Positions 18,468-27,770 of a stretch of 48,084 bases of DNA are shown piece after piece. The position numbers and the translations under genes were made by a program. Numbering within the stretch: position 1 is the first letter of the stretch; every line of letters starts with the position of its first letter. The stretch lies in sequence record DRR723986_1729, one strand, 5' to 3'. Below the pieces are notes generated by a model. It did no database searches. It saw only the letters and a program-made list of their open reading frames with translations, and was not told the DNA's origin.

Positions 18468-19553
18468 ATGACATTGCAGCGCAGCCACCTACTCACCCTC
18501 ATGGCCAGTTTGACCCTCGCCCTGCCCGCGGCGGCGGACGATCTGAAACCGGTCACGGTCACCGTCGGCACCAGCGTTCTCAACGTGGGCTACCCCATGC
18601 TGACCCTGCCCGTGACGCTCGGGTACTGGTCCGAAGAGGGCTACGACGTCACGGTGGAACCGTCCGGCGCTTCGATGCAGGCGCTTCAGCAGATGGTCAC
18701 GAACAACGCCCAGTTCGCGCAGGTCAATGCCTCGGTGGCGGTGCAAAGCAACGTCGAGAACGATCTTCCCGTGCGGTTCGCCATGGCCAATGGCGTGATG
18801 GACTGGTCCATCGCCGTGCCCTCCGACAGCGAGATCACCTCGGTCGAAGACCTCAAGGGCAAGACCTTCGGCATCTTCTCCCTCGCCACCGGCGGGCTGC
18901 CCCTGCTCAAGAGCTATCTGAACGACAACGGGATCGACCCCGAAGCGGATGTGTCCTACATCCCGACCGGCTTCGGCGCGGGGCCGGTGGAGGCCCTGAA
19001 GAATGGCCAGGTCGACGCGCTGATGTATTGGGCCTCGGCCAATGCCGGGATGGAAAACGCCGGGCTCGACCTGCGCTACATCCACGACGAAAGCTGGCGC
19101 CAGCTGCCGGACTATTCGCTGACCGTGATGGAAGCCACGGCAAAGACCGACCCCGACATGGTGGTCGGGATCGCGCGCGGTGTCGCCAAGGCCACGATCT
19201 TCGCGCTCGCCAATCCCGAATGCGCGGTAAGGCTGCACTGGCAGGAATACCCGGAAACCAAGCCCGCCGGGGACGAGGCGACCGCGCTCGAGTATGACCT
19301 GAACAACATCAACGCCCAGCTCAACACGCTGGCGCTTGGCCATGCGCTGAGCGGAGGCGCGGCATGGGGAGAGGTGAACCTTGACGCGGTCGACCGTCTA
19401 CAGGCGTTCCTGAGCGACAACGGCATCGTCTCGGGCACCATGGAGGCTTCTGCCTATGTTCTGGATATCCCGGATTATGCAGCACGCGTGAGCGACTTCG
19501 ACGTCGAGGCGATCGAGGCCGCGGCCAAGTCCTGCGAGATGCTGGAAGGATGA
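18468..19553 (+). CDS. ABC substrate-binding protein, NMT1/THI5/SsuA-like
   Basis: Signal peptide; GYWSEEGYDV, ITSVEDLKGKTFG, ALKNGQVDA. Confidence 0.85.
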   Translation: MTLQRSHLLTLMASLTLALPAAADDLKPVTVTVGTSVLNVGYPMLTLPVTLGYWSEEGYDVTVEPSGASMQALQQMVTNNAQFAQVNASVAVQSNVENDLPVRFAMANGVMDWSIAVPSDSEITSVEDLKGKTFGIFSLATGGLPLLKSYLNDNGIDPEADVSYIPTGFGAGPVEALKNGQVDALMYWASANAGMENAGLDLRYIHDESWRQLPDYSLTVMEATAKTDPDMVVGIARGVAKATIFALANPECAVRLHWQEYPETKPAGDEATALEYDLNNINAQLNTLALGHALSGGAAWGEVNLDAVDRLQAFLSDNGIVSGTMEASAYVLDIPDYAARVSDFDVEAIEAAAKSCEMLEG

Positions 19554-20380
19554 CGGCCCCCGTGACCATCAAGGCCGGTACTTCGGTACCGGCCCCTCCC
19601 GGGCCGGGCGAGCCGCTGGTGCGGATCGAGGCGCTGGAGAAGATCTATCCCACCCGCGACCGTGGCAACGTTCACGCCCTCAGCGACATTCACCTCGATG
19701 TCTCCCCCGGCGAATTCATCACCATCGTCGGCCCCTCGGGCTGCGGGAAATCCACCTTGCTCAAGATCCTCGCGGGGATCCTGAAGAAGACGTCGGGTCA
19801 GGTGCGGGTCGCCGACGCCGAACTCGACGGGCCCAACCGCGATCTTGGCGTGGTGTTCCAATCGCCGGTCCTGCTGCCGTGGAAGTCGGTGATCGACAAC
19901 GTTCTGGTGCCCGCCAAGGTGCAGAACCTCGACATGGCGCAGGCCCGCACCCGCGCCCGCGATCTGCTGGATCTGGTCGGCCTCTCCGGTTTCGAGGATC
20001 GTTACCCCGGGGAACTGTCCGGTGGCATGCAGCAACGCGTCGGCATCTGCCGGGCCTTGATCCACAAGCCCAAGTTCCTGCTGATGGACGAGCCCTTCGG
20101 CGCGCTCGACGCGATGACCCGCGAACAGATGAACCTCGAGCTGATGCGGATCTGGAAGGAACAGGAGGCGACGATCCTTCTGGTGACGCATTCCATTTCC
20201 GAGGCCGTCTTTCTTGCGGACCGGGTGGTCGTGATGTCGCCGCGCCCCGGCCGCATCGCCGAGGTCATGCAGGTCGACCTGCCAAGGCCGCGCCGTCTGG
20301 AGATGTTCAACACGCCCGATTTCGGCAGGCACGTCGGCGCGATCCGGCGACACTTCCAGAGCGAAGGAGGCATCGACTGA
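19550..20380 (+). CDS. ABC ATP-binding protein (TauB/SsuB-like)
   Basis: GPSGCGKST, LSGGMQQR, LLMDEPFGALD. Confidence 0.95.
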   Translation: MTAPVTIKAGTSVPAPPGPGEPLVRIEALEKIYPTRDRGNVHALSDIHLDVSPGEFITIVGPSGCGKSTLLKILAGILKKTSGQVRVADAELDGPNRDLGVVFQSPVLLPWKSVIDNVLVPAKVQNLDMAQARTRARDLLDLVGLSGFEDRYPGELSGGMQQRVGICRALIHKPKFLLMDEPFGALDAMTREQMNLELMRIWKEQEATILLVTHSISEAVFLADRVVVMSPRPGRIAEVMQVDLPRPRRLEMFNTPDFGRHVGAIRRHFQSEGGID

Positions 20381-21225
20381 TGGCCGCAACCGACACCGCC
20401 CCCGTCGCCGGACCGGCGCAGACGACCGAAGGACCGGCCCGCGCCGCGCATTGGACCGAAAGCCGCGCGCTGTCGCCCCTGCTTCTGGTCGCATTGCTGC
20501 TGCTCTGGGAGGCGCTGATCCACCTTTTCGATGTGCCGGCCATCGTCGTGCCCACCCCCTCTGCGGTCGCCGTGGCGATGTGGGACGGCATCGCCTCGGG
20601 CCTGTTCTGGCCGCATTTCCTCGTGACCCTCTGGGAGATCCTCGCGGGCTTCGGCATCGGCAGCGTCGTCGGCATCGCCCTTGGCATTCTGATCGGCCTG
20701 TCCCCCCTGATGGAGCGGCTGGTCTACCCCTATGTCGTCGCCTTCCAGACCCTGCCCAAGGTCGCCATCGCGCCGATCATCGTCATCTGGTTCGGCTACG
20801 GCATCAGCTCCAAGATCATCATCACCGCCACCATCGCCTTCTTCCCGCTGCTGGCCAACACCATCGTCGGGCTGCGGTCGGCCCCCAAGGAGCAGGTCGA
20901 GATGCTGGAAGCCTGCACCGCAAACCGCTGGCAGATCTTCCACATGATCCGGTTGCCGCAGGCCCTGCCCTACATCTTCGTGGGCCTCGACGTCGCCGTC
21001 GTGCTTTCGGTCATCGGCGCGATCGTCGGCGAATTCGTCGGCGCCAAGGCCGGGCTCGGCTACCTGATCCTGCAGAAGAACTTCACCTTCGACATGGCCG
21101 GGGTCTTCGCGATCCTCATCATCCTGTCGCTGATCGGCGTGGGGCTGCACCTGCTGGTCGTCGCCATCCAGCGCCGGGTGCTGTTCTGGAGCGAGGCCCA
21201 TGCAAATTCCGTGACCGGCGCCTGA
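20380..21225 (+). CDS. ABC permease (TauC/SsuC-like)
   Basis: ATG overlaps the ATPase stop; VPTPSAV, QTLPKVAIAPIIVIWFG, IVGEFVGA. Confidence 0.92.
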   Translation: MAATDTAPVAGPAQTTEGPARAAHWTESRALSPLLLVALLLLWEALIHLFDVPAIVVPTPSAVAVAMWDGIASGLFWPHFLVTLWEILAGFGIGSVVGIALGILIGLSPLMERLVYPYVVAFQTLPKVAIAPIIVIWFGYGISSKIIITATIAFFPLLANTIVGLRSAPKEQVEMLEACTANRWQIFHMIRLPQALPYIFVGLDVAVVLSVIGAIVGEFVGAKAGLGYLILQKNFTFDMAGVFAILIILSLIGVGLHLLVVAIQRRVLFWSEAHANSVTGA

Positions 21226-21271
21226 GCAGACCGCCGGGAAAACACAAAAAACCAAGGAAAGGACAACCACC

Positions 21272-22258
21272 ATGGAGCGCAACATCCGCGCCGCCAGCCG
21301 GGACGAGGTTCCCGTGCTCGATCTGACCCCGCTCATCGAGGGGGGCGACATCACCGCCCTCGCCGCAGAGCTGGACGCCGCCTGCCGCAACACCGGGTTC
21401 TTCTACATCAAGAACCATGGCGTGCCGGAAATGACCCTGAACGCCGTCTTCGGCGCCACCCGCCGCTACTTCGCCCTCGGGCCGGAGCAGCGCGAGGCCG
21501 ACCTGATGGACCCGGTGTTCCGGCGCGGATACATGCCTCAGGGCGTGACCAAGCACCCCGGCTTCAAGGCCGACCTGAAGGAAAGCTACGAAGTGGGTGT
21601 GGATCTGCCGCTGGACGATCCCGACGTGGTTGCCGGCACGCCGCTCCATGCGCCCAACCAGTGGCCCGACAACCTGCCGTGGCTGCGCGAGGCGGCGGAA
21701 AGCTACTTCGACGAGATGCGCGCGCTGGGAGAGCGGATGCTCCGCCTCGCGGGGTTGGCCGTCGGCATGCCGGAGGACCATTTCCTCCAGTTCAACAAGA
21801 AGCCGATGGTGCAGATGCGCCTGTTCCACTACGCGCAGCAACCCGAGGCGGGCGAGGCCGAGGGCCAGCATGGTGCCGCGCCCCACACCGATTACGGCCT
21901 GCTGACGCTGCTGGCGCAGGACCCCATCGGCGGGCTCGAACTTCAGACGCGGCAGGGCGAATGGGTCAAGGCACCCTATATCGACGGCACCTTCGTGGTG
22001 AACATCGGTGACATGTTCCAACGCTGGTCCAACGACCGCTACTTCTCCAACAAGCACCGCGTGGTCAACCTGACCGGCCGCGAACGCTACTCCATTCCCC
22101 TGTTCTACAATCTCGATTACGATGCGCCTCTGGAGTGCCTTCCCAGCTGTCTGGAAGAGGGCGAAACGCCTCGGCACGCGCCCACGACGGTCGGAGAATA
22201 TCTGACCGGACGGTTCAAGGCGGTTCAGGGCTTGAAGACGAAGGAAGACGCGGCCTGA
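21272..22258 (+). CDS. 2-oxoglutarate/Fe(II) oxygenase, IPNS/PcbC family
   Basis: VPVLDL, GFFYIKNHGV, PHTDYG (HxD), VNIGD, HRVV and RYS (RxS) all present. Confidence 0.93.
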   Translation: MERNIRAASRDEVPVLDLTPLIEGGDITALAAELDAACRNTGFFYIKNHGVPEMTLNAVFGATRRYFALGPEQREADLMDPVFRRGYMPQGVTKHPGFKADLKESYEVGVDLPLDDPDVVAGTPLHAPNQWPDNLPWLREAAESYFDEMRALGERMLRLAGLAVGMPEDHFLQFNKKPMVQMRLFHYAQQPEAGEAEGQHGAAPHTDYGLLTLLAQDPIGGLELQTRQGEWVKAPYIDGTFVVNIGDMFQRWSNDRYFSNKHRVVNLTGRERYSIPLFYNLDYDAPLECLPSCLEEGETPRHAPTTVGEYLTGRFKAVQGLKTKEDAA

Positions 22259-22266
22259 CGGCTCGA

Positions 22267-22290
22267 CGGGCAACCCTTCGGGGTCGCCCG
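22267..22290 (+). other. UUCG-tetraloop hairpin after the oxygenase
   Basis: CGGGCAACCC-TTCG-GGGTCGCCCG stem with one mismatch; no U-tract. Confidence 0.55.
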
Positions 22291-22323
22291 CCACGGTGGG
22301 GGGAGGTTCTAGGGTTTCATGGT

Positions 22324-23328
22324 GTGGATGTTACGATAAAGGACATCGCGCGGCTGGCCGGTGTGTCCGTGTCGACGGTGTCGCGGGTCATCAACAAGAC
22401 GGGTCTGGTCGCGCCGGCAAAGCTGAAGGCCGTCGAGCGGGTCATGTCGGAAGTGAACTACATTCCGAACAATGCCGCCCGTGTGCTGGTGAAACGCCGC
22501 AGCAAGACGATCGGGCTGATCGTGCCGACCCTCGCCAATCCGATCTTCGCCCCCACCATCGGGGCCGTCGAAACGGTTCTGGCGGAAAGCGGCTTCGGGC
22601 TGTTGATCTCGTGCAGCCACCGGAACCCGGAGGCAGAGCTTGCGCAGGCCCGCATGATGGTGGAACGCGGCGTCGAGGGCATGATCTTCACCGGCAGCTA
22701 CCGCCATTCCGACCTCATGCCGCTGCTCTCGGCCCGGGGGATCTCGGCCGTCAGCCAGGACGACCCGCAAGGCGCGCCCGGGCTCTTCTCCATCGGCATG
22801 CCGGACGCCGAGGCCATGGGCTGCGCCATAGATGCGCTGGTCGCTCTGGGCCACAGGCGGATCGGGATCGTGACGGGGCCGACGGGAAACACCCGGCCCA
22901 TCGCCGATCGTCTCGCCGGTGGTTTGAAACGCCTGCGCGATCACGGCATGGACCTCGGTCCCGAGGCGGTCTCCGAAGCCAAAGACTACTCCGCCGAAAC
23001 GGCGGGCGAAGCGACCCGGGCGCTTCTGGACAGGGGGTTGTCGCTCACGGCCATCGCCTGCACCGGCGACGTGCCTGCCATCGGGGTCGTGAAGGAATGC
23101 ATGGAGAGCGGGTTGCGCGTGCCCGAGGACATCTCGATCACCGGCTGCGGCAAGACGCTGATGGCCCAATACGTCTACCCGTCCCTCGCCACCGTTCGTC
23201 TGCCGTTCGACGAACTCGGCCGTATCGCCGCCGAGCGACTGCTGGACCTCATAGAGGGCCGCGCCGCCGACCCGGTCCCCTCGTTGGGCTATGAGTTCAT
23301 CGAGGGCGCTTCGGTCAGAGCCCTGTAG
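22324..23328 (+). CDS. LacI-family transcriptional regulator
   Basis: VTIKDIARLAGVSVSTVSRVIN, NYIPNNAAR, GLRVPEDISITG; GTG start inferred. Confidence 0.94.
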   Translation: MDVTIKDIARLAGVSVSTVSRVINKTGLVAPAKLKAVERVMSEVNYIPNNAARVLVKRRSKTIGLIVPTLANPIFAPTIGAVETVLAESGFGLLISCSHRNPEAELAQARMMVERGVEGMIFTGSYRHSDLMPLLSARGISAVSQDDPQGAPGLFSIGMPDAEAMGCAIDALVALGHRRIGIVTGPTGNTRPIADRLAGGLKRLRDHGMDLGPEAVSEAKDYSAETAGEATRALLDRGLSLTAIACTGDVPAIGVVKECMESGLRVPEDISITGCGKTLMAQYVYPSLATVRLPFDELGRIAAERLLDLIEGRAADPVPSLGYEFIEGASVRAL

Positions 23329-23460
23329 CAGCGGGCGGCCTTGGCCGGATTGCGCCTTGCGGGGCGCACCCTATTCGATGCGTCGCCGCGCGGCTGTCCT
23401 TCCGGGTCCGGCCCCTGCCCTTTCGCCACGGCAGGCCCACGGCGCAGGGGTTCGGACGCT

Positions 23461-25329
23461 TCACGTCCAATCGTTTTGCGTGATCTTCAGCTTCTGGATC
23501 CGCGAGTAGAGTGTCGTGGGCTTCGTCCCCAGAAGCCTCGCCGCCCCGGTCTGGCCGGAGATGCGCCCGTTGGTTTCCCGCAGGGCTGCGATGAGGTTCG
23601 CCCGGGCGAGCTCCTGCATCTGCGCCTCGGTCCGGAAACTGACGTTTTGCGCCTGCTCGGGGGCCGCCCGGGACAGTTCGATCACCAGCTTGCGGTTCTG
23701 CGAGACGATGGCGGCCCTTTCCATCACGTTGTGCAATTCGCGCACGTTGCCGGGCCAATCGTAGGCCTGAAGCTGTTTGACCACGCCTTCGGTCAGGATC
23801 GGCTCGGGCCGGTTCAGGCGCCGACATGCAAGCTTCAGAAGATGCGCGGCGAGCAGAGGGATGTCCTGCTGGCGTTCACGCAAGGGCTCGCAGCTGATTG
23901 GAAAGACGTTGAGGAACAGATGCAGGTCCTCGCGGATGCGCGACGACTTTCGGGCCTTGCTGTCCGAAAGCGAGGTCGAGGCGATCACCCGTATGTCGAG
24001 CGGCTTGTCGCGGGTGTCGCCAAGGCGCGTGACCGTCCGGTTTTGCAAGGCGGCCAGAAGCTTGCCCTGTATCTCGATCGGCAATTCCTCGACATCGTCC
24101 AGAAACAGCGTCCCGCCATGCGCCAGTTCCAGCTTGCCCGGCTTGTCGCGGGTCGCCCCGTTGGGGGCGCCGCGCACCTGACCGAACAGCTCCGATTCCA
24201 CCTCTTCGGGCGCAAGGGAGCTGCATTTGAAATGGATCATCGCGCGCCGCGCGCGGGGGCTGGCCTTGTGGATCGCCGTCGCGACGAGCGATTTCCCGGT
24301 GCCGGTTTCGCCATGGATCAGGACCGTCGCCTCCGTATCGGCGACGAGGTCGATGCGCTGCACGGTCTGGCGGATGGCGGGCGAGACGCCGATGATGTCG
24401 TGATGCGCCTGCTGGGTCGAGATGGCCTCCTGCAGGTAGGCGTTCTCCTGCTCCAGCCGGTCGCGCAGGGCGGCGATTTCCGACAGGGCCTGATGCAGCT
24501 TGCGCTCGCTCTCCTTGCGCTCGGTGATGTCGCGGAAGATCACCACCGCCCCCGCGAGGATCTGCTGGTCGTAGATGGGGGTGGAGACATATTCGACGCG
24601 GATCGGCCGCCCGTCCTTGCGCCAGAAGACCTCATCCTCGATCCGGTTGACCTGCTCGAAGCGGAAGGATCGGTAGATCGGGCATTGCTGCGAAGGATAA
24701 AGCTCGCCATTGAGGTGATGGTGGTGGATCATCGAATGGATGTCCTTGCCCAGCAGATCCTCGCTCGTCCAGCCCAGCATGGTCTGCGCGGCCCTGTTGA
24801 CGAAGGTCGTCTTGCCTTCGGCGTTCACCCCGTAGATGCCCTCGCCCGCCGCGTTCAGGATCAACTGGTTCTGGCGCTCCAGTTCGGCGAAGAAGCTTTC
24901 GGTCCGCTTCCACTCGATCAAGCCCGCGCGGAAGGTTTCCGCCGCCGCCGCCTGTTCGGCCCGGTCTTCCAGCGCGCGCAGATCCGTCAGGGAAAGAAGC
25001 ACCCAACCGGGGCGCTCGGGCACCGGGCGCGCATGAACCTCGCAGCGAAGCGCCCTGCCCTGCTCCGAGACGAAACTCACATCCCGGGTCCAGCTGGTGC
25101 CGCGATGGGCCATTTCATCCAGAAACACCACGAATTGCGACAGCGACGACCCGAGGTAGCCAGAGAACCGCTTTCCCACGGTATCCGGTCCGCAGTCCGG
25201 CGACCCCGTGAACAGCCGCGCCGCCTCTGCGTTCCATCCGACGACGCGGTCGGCATCGGTGTCGAGGATCAGCACGGGTTGCGGAAGGGCGTGCAGGAGG
25301 GAATCGGACGAGACGGGACTGAGCGACAT
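23461..25329 (-). CDS. PAS-PAS-AAA+-HTH regulator of the sigma54-interaction (NtrC/FhlA) family with degenerate AAA+ motifs
   Basis: Two PAS-like regions, GETGTGKS, ESELFG, GGTLFLD, WPGNVREL, and a C-terminal Fis HTH (AARLLGTKPTTLYSRI). Confidence 0.9.
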   Translation of the reverse strand: MSLSPVSSDSLLHALPQPVLILDTDADRVVGWNAEAARLFTGSPDCGPDTVGKRFSGYLGSSLSQFVVFLDEMAHRGTSWTRDVSFVSEQGRALRCEVHARPVPERPGWVLLSLTDLRALEDRAEQAAAAETFRAGLIEWKRTESFFAELERQNQLILNAAGEGIYGVNAEGKTTFVNRAAQTMLGWTSEDLLGKDIHSMIHHHHLNGELYPSQQCPIYRSFRFEQVNRIEDEVFWRKDGRPIRVEYVSTPIYDQQILAGAVVIFRDITERKESERKLHQALSEIAALRDRLEQENAYLQEAISTQQAHHDIIGVSPAIRQTVQRIDLVADTEATVLIHGETGTGKSLVATAIHKASPRARRAMIHFKCSSLAPEEVESELFGQVRGAPNGATRDKPGKLELAHGGTLFLDDVEELPIEIQGKLLAALQNRTVTRLGDTRDKPLDIRVIASTSLSDSKARKSSRIREDLHLFLNVFPISCEPLRERQQDIPLLAAHLLKLACRRLNRPEPILTEGVVKQLQAYDWPGNVRELHNVMERAAIVSQNRKLVIELSRAAPEQAQNVSFRTEAQMQELARANLIAALRETNGRISGQTGAARLLGTKPTTLYSRIQKLKITQNDWT

Positions 25330-25362
25330 GGCGGCAGAGTATCGCAGCAACGCCGCCGCGCA

Positions 25363-25396
25363 TCACGAAATATCGTAATTCACGAAGTTTCGTAAA
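25363..25396. promoter_or_regulatory. 17-bp tandem repeat of ACGA-N4-TCGT palindromes, putative activator sites
   Basis: ACGAAATATCGT (25365-25376) and ACGAAGTTTCGT (25382-25393) between the regulator and cynA; TTGACA follows at 25426-25431. Confidence 0.7.
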
Positions 25397-25530
25397 TTCC
25401 TCCGCCTGCAAGTCACGCCAAGCTATTGACAATAAGCAACTTAATCCGATGATTAAATTTTAGTCACGCGCTTATCGTAGCGCGCCGGTCGGGTCATCCT
25501 GTTGAAAACATCAAGCGACAGGAGAGCACA

Positions 25531-26919
25531 GTGACGATCAAGAGCCTTGGAAATCCATTCTCTGCGAAGACCGACCTGCGCCACGGCGCGGATTGCGGTT
25601 GCGATACCTGCCTCACCGGCCACGGGCACGACAAGACCTACAGCGAACCGGCCCGGATGTCGTCCGAGGACATGCTGGAACGCGCGGTCGAAAGCGCGGT
25701 CGTGCGGTCCATGTTCGGCCACAACGACCTCTCCCGCCGCTCCTTCATGGGCCTGCTGGGCGGCGGGACGATGGCGGCCGCGCTGGCCTCCGTCTTCCCG
25801 ATCAATCAGGCCAAGGCGGCGATCCTCGACAGCCTCGGCACGCCCGAAAAGACCGACCTCAACATCGGCTTCGTGCCGATCACCTGCGCCACGCCGATCA
25901 TCATGGCGCAGCCCATGGGCTTCTACGAAAAGCACGGGCTGAACGCGCAGGTCATCAAGACCGCCGGCTGGGCCGTGGCGCGCGACAAGTCGCTGTCGGG
26001 CGAATACGACGCCAGCCACATGCTGACCCCGATGCCGCTGGCCATGACGCTGGGCGCGGGCTCGGTCGCGGAACCCTACATCATGCCCGCCGTCGAGAAC
26101 ATCAACGGGCAGGCCATCGTGCTGTCGAACGAACATCTCGACAAGCGCGATCCGAAGCAGTGGAAGGGCTTCACCTTCGGCGTGCCCTTCGAATATTCGA
26201 TGCACAACTTCCTGCTGCGCTACTATGTGGCGGAACACGGTCTGGACCCCGACGTCGACATCCAGATCCGCGTCGTTCCGCCGCCCGAGATGGTGGCCAA
26301 CCTGCGCGCCGGGAACCTCGACGGCTACCTGTCGCCCGACCCGTTCAACCAGCGCGCCGTGTGGGAGAACATCGGTTTCATCCACGTGCTGACCAAGGAG
26401 ATCTGGGAGGGGCACCCCTGCTGCGCCTTCGCCGCTCCGCTGTCCTTCGCAGAGCAGCTGCCGAACACCTATGGCGCCCTGCTGAAGTCCATCATCGACG
26501 CCACGCAATACGCGTCGGACCCGGCGAACCGCAAGGAGATCTCCGAGGCGATCGCCCCGACGAACTACCTCAACCAGCCGGTGCCGGTGATCGAACAGGT
26601 GCTGACCGGCACCTATGCGGACGGTCTGGGAGAGGTGAAGAAGGTGCCCGACCGGATCGACTTCGACCCCTTCCCGTGGCACTCGATGGGCGTGTGGATC
26701 CTGACCCAGATGAAACGCTGGGGCTATATCGAGAACGACATCGACTACAAGGCCGTGGCCGAACAGGTCTATCTGGCCGCCGACGCCAAGAAGATCATGG
26801 AAGATCTGGGCTACGAGGCGCCGGACGTCACCTACAAGTCGCACACCATCATGGGCAAGACCTTCGACCCGGCGGACCCCGAGGGGTACGTGAAAAGCTT
26901 CGCCATCGGAAAGGGCTGA
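25531..26919 (+). CDS. CmpA/NrtA-family ABC substrate-binding protein, probable cyanate binding (CynA-like)
   Basis: Tat motif SRRSFM, IGFVPITCATPII, SMHNFLLRY, PPPEMVANL, HPCC, WILTQMKRWG; in operon with cyanase. Confidence 0.9.
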   Translation: MTIKSLGNPFSAKTDLRHGADCGCDTCLTGHGHDKTYSEPARMSSEDMLERAVESAVVRSMFGHNDLSRRSFMGLLGGGTMAAALASVFPINQAKAAILDSLGTPEKTDLNIGFVPITCATPIIMAQPMGFYEKHGLNAQVIKTAGWAVARDKSLSGEYDASHMLTPMPLAMTLGAGSVAEPYIMPAVENINGQAIVLSNEHLDKRDPKQWKGFTFGVPFEYSMHNFLLRYYVAEHGLDPDVDIQIRVVPPPEMVANLRAGNLDGYLSPDPFNQRAVWENIGFIHVLTKEIWEGHPCCAFAAPLSFAEQLPNTYGALLKSIIDATQYASDPANRKEISEAIAPTNYLNQPVPVIEQVLTGTYADGLGEVKKVPDRIDFDPFPWHSMGVWILTQMKRWGYIENDIDYKAVAEQVYLAADAKKIMEDLGYEAPDVTYKSHTIMGKTFDPADPEGYVKSFAIGKG

Positions 26920-26922
26920 TCC

Positions 26923-27759
26923 ATGCTGGACACCCTCTCCGTCAACCAGCGCGCGGCGATCCTGTCGGTCGTCATGCTCGCCATCGGCCTCCTCGTATGG
27001 GAGGCCGCCATTCCCGCCCAGAAGGCCGCCGAAGAGCTGACCGAATACGAACGGCTCACCGGCGGCGGGGCGCCCAAGGCGGGCGTGCCCCCGCCCAGTC
27101 AGGTGATCGTCAAGGCGTGGGAGCAGCTGTCCAATCCCTTCTACGACGCCGGGCCCAACGACAAGGGCATCGGCATCCAGATCGGCTACAGCATCTACCG
27201 GGTGCTGACCGGCTATCTCTTCGCGGCGCTGATCGCCATTCCGCTGGGCTTTCTCATCGGCATGAGCCAGGTCGCGTACAAGGCCTTCAACCCCTTCATA
27301 CAGGTGCTGCGCCCGATCTCTCCGCTGGCGTGGATGCCGCTGGCGCTGTTCATCATCCAGGACAGCGAGGCCAGCGCAATCTTCGTGATCTTCATCTGCT
27401 CGATCTGGCCGATGCTCATCAACACCGCCTTCGGCGTCGCCGGGGTGCGTCAGGATTGGGTCAACGTCGCCCGCACGCACGAGCTGGGCGCCCTGCGCAC
27501 CGCCTTCACCGTCATCCTGCCTGCCGCCGCGCCGACCATCATCACCGGCATGCGGATCTCCATCGGGATCGCGTGGCTGGTCATCGTCGCGGCAGAGATG
27601 CTCGTCGGTGGAACCGGCATCGGCTACTACGTCTGGAACGAGTGGAACAACCTCGACCTGACCTCCGTCATCTTCTCAATCCTCATGATCGGCGTCGTCG
27701 GCATGTTGCTGGATTCCGCCTTCGGCATCCTGCAGCGCAGCGTCGCCTACGCGGAATAG
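26923..27759 (+). CDS. NrtB/CynB-like ABC permease
   Basis: PFYDAGPNDKGIG, QVLRPISPLAWMP, WLVIVAAEML. Confidence 0.92.
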   Translation: MLDTLSVNQRAAILSVVMLAIGLLVWEAAIPAQKAAEELTEYERLTGGGAPKAGVPPPSQVIVKAWEQLSNPFYDAGPNDKGIGIQIGYSIYRVLTGYLFAALIAIPLGFLIGMSQVAYKAFNPFIQVLRPISPLAWMPLALFIIQDSEASAIFVIFICSIWPMLINTAFGVAGVRQDWVNVARTHELGALRTAFTVILPAAAPTIITGMRISIGIAWLVIVAAEMLVGGTGIGYYVWNEWNNLDLTSVIFSILMIGVVGMLLDSAFGILQRSVAYAE

Positions 27760-27770
27760 AGAGGCCCCGC

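Noticed and set aside
23341-25395. Long antisense ORFs (also 25453-27480, 40134-42479, 43675-46026, 45885-47798)
   Set aside because: Shadow frames expected from high-GC codon bias; no recognisable motifs.
25405-25421. Minus-strand TGGCGTGACTTGC resembling a sigma54 promoter
   Set aside because: GG-to-GC spacing is 8 nt rather than the required 10, and it points away from cynA.
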